Origin: Oscillospiraceae bacterium | GTDB taxonomy: Bacteria; Bacillota; Clostridia; Oscillospirales; Oscillospiraceae | Assembly (NCBI GenBank): GCA_015068165.1 | Contig: SVKZ01000003.1 | Location: forward strand, 936-64,935 | Direction: 5' to 3' | Length of the DNA: 64,000 bases | Part shown: piece by piece, positions 63,852 to 64,000 of the stretch | Layout of the letters: the number at the start of each line of letters is the position of its first letter | Position numbering within the stretch: position 1 is the stretch's first letter | Notes under the pieces: model-generated | What the model saw: the letters and a program-made list of their open reading frames with translations, nothing else | The model's database searches: none | Told to the model about the DNA's origin: nothing | Position numbers and translations under genes: made by a program

Positions 63852-64000
63852 CAATGTAAAGCCTACTTTGCCACCGATCCCCGGCGGCACCTATTTGGCA
63901 ATTTGTGTATATTCCATCGGTATTGGCGAGCAGTTATGTGAATATGAAGGGAAATCCAAGAATTACTACAACCAGGTAATGCTCGGTTTTGAAATCTGCG
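63838..64000 (+). CDS. Phage replication/recombination protein (5' partial)
   Basis: MKIRNNVKPTLPPIPGGTYLAICVYSIGIGEQ resembles NGO0469-type phage proteins; truncated by the window end. Confidence 0.55.
   Translation, partial: MKIRNNVKPTLPPIPGGTYLAICVYSIGIGEQLCEYEGKSKNYYNQVMLGFEIC

Larger units (their letters stand above)
57415..64000. mobile_element. Prophage (left end), probably integrated at the tRNA-Ser(GCT) 3' end; continues beyond the window
   Basis: Tyrosine integrase pointing at the tRNA; divergent CI/Cro switch; excisionase-like gene; Rad50-like ATPase and phage replication gene. The second att site is not visible. Confidence 0.88.

Noticed and set aside
57415-64000. Precise attL/attR core sequence
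   Set aside because: The second att copy is outside the window, so the core cannot be defined.

Overview
A 64-kb, roughly 50% GC chromosomal segment from a Firmicute. The gene content (rpsF-ssb-rpsR, T-box ileS, divIVA/sepF/yggS, a Spo0A-like domain) points to Clostridia, probably Oscillospiraceae-like; this is inferred from gene content only. Left to right: tRNA-His flanked by structured repeats; a 1586-aa membrane-anchored surface fibre with a Cys-rich small protein and a dual-HTH (excisionase-like + LuxR) regulator; an NCS2 permease; a decayed glycerol-1-phosphate dehydrogenase pseudogene; trxA; rpsF-ssb-rpsR; a VTC/DUF4956/Cthe_2159-type operon; a heterodimeric ABC exporter; an alr-mscS-murI-DUF2156-GNAT-DD-carboxypeptidase cluster; an AraC-linked glucuronate operon (uxaC-uxuA-uxuB-eda-kdgK); an MBOAT/DHHW O-acylation locus; redox genes; the housekeeping block ileS-divIVA-sepF-yggS-hfq-miaA-mutL-mutS-miaB; coaX; and the left end of a prophage next to tRNA-Ser(GCT) that runs off the window. 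The least explained signals are non-coding. Two roughly 175-bp elements share the same 4+4 heptamer/hairpin architecture but use different heptamers (GTGAAAT vs TCGATAT). A hairpin cassette is bounded by inverted and direct copies of the adjacent tRNA T-arm. A 290-bp element with T-arm-like inverted ends sits inside the uxu operon. There is also a 6S-like rod RNA candidate. All family assignments come from motif recognition; no database searches were run.
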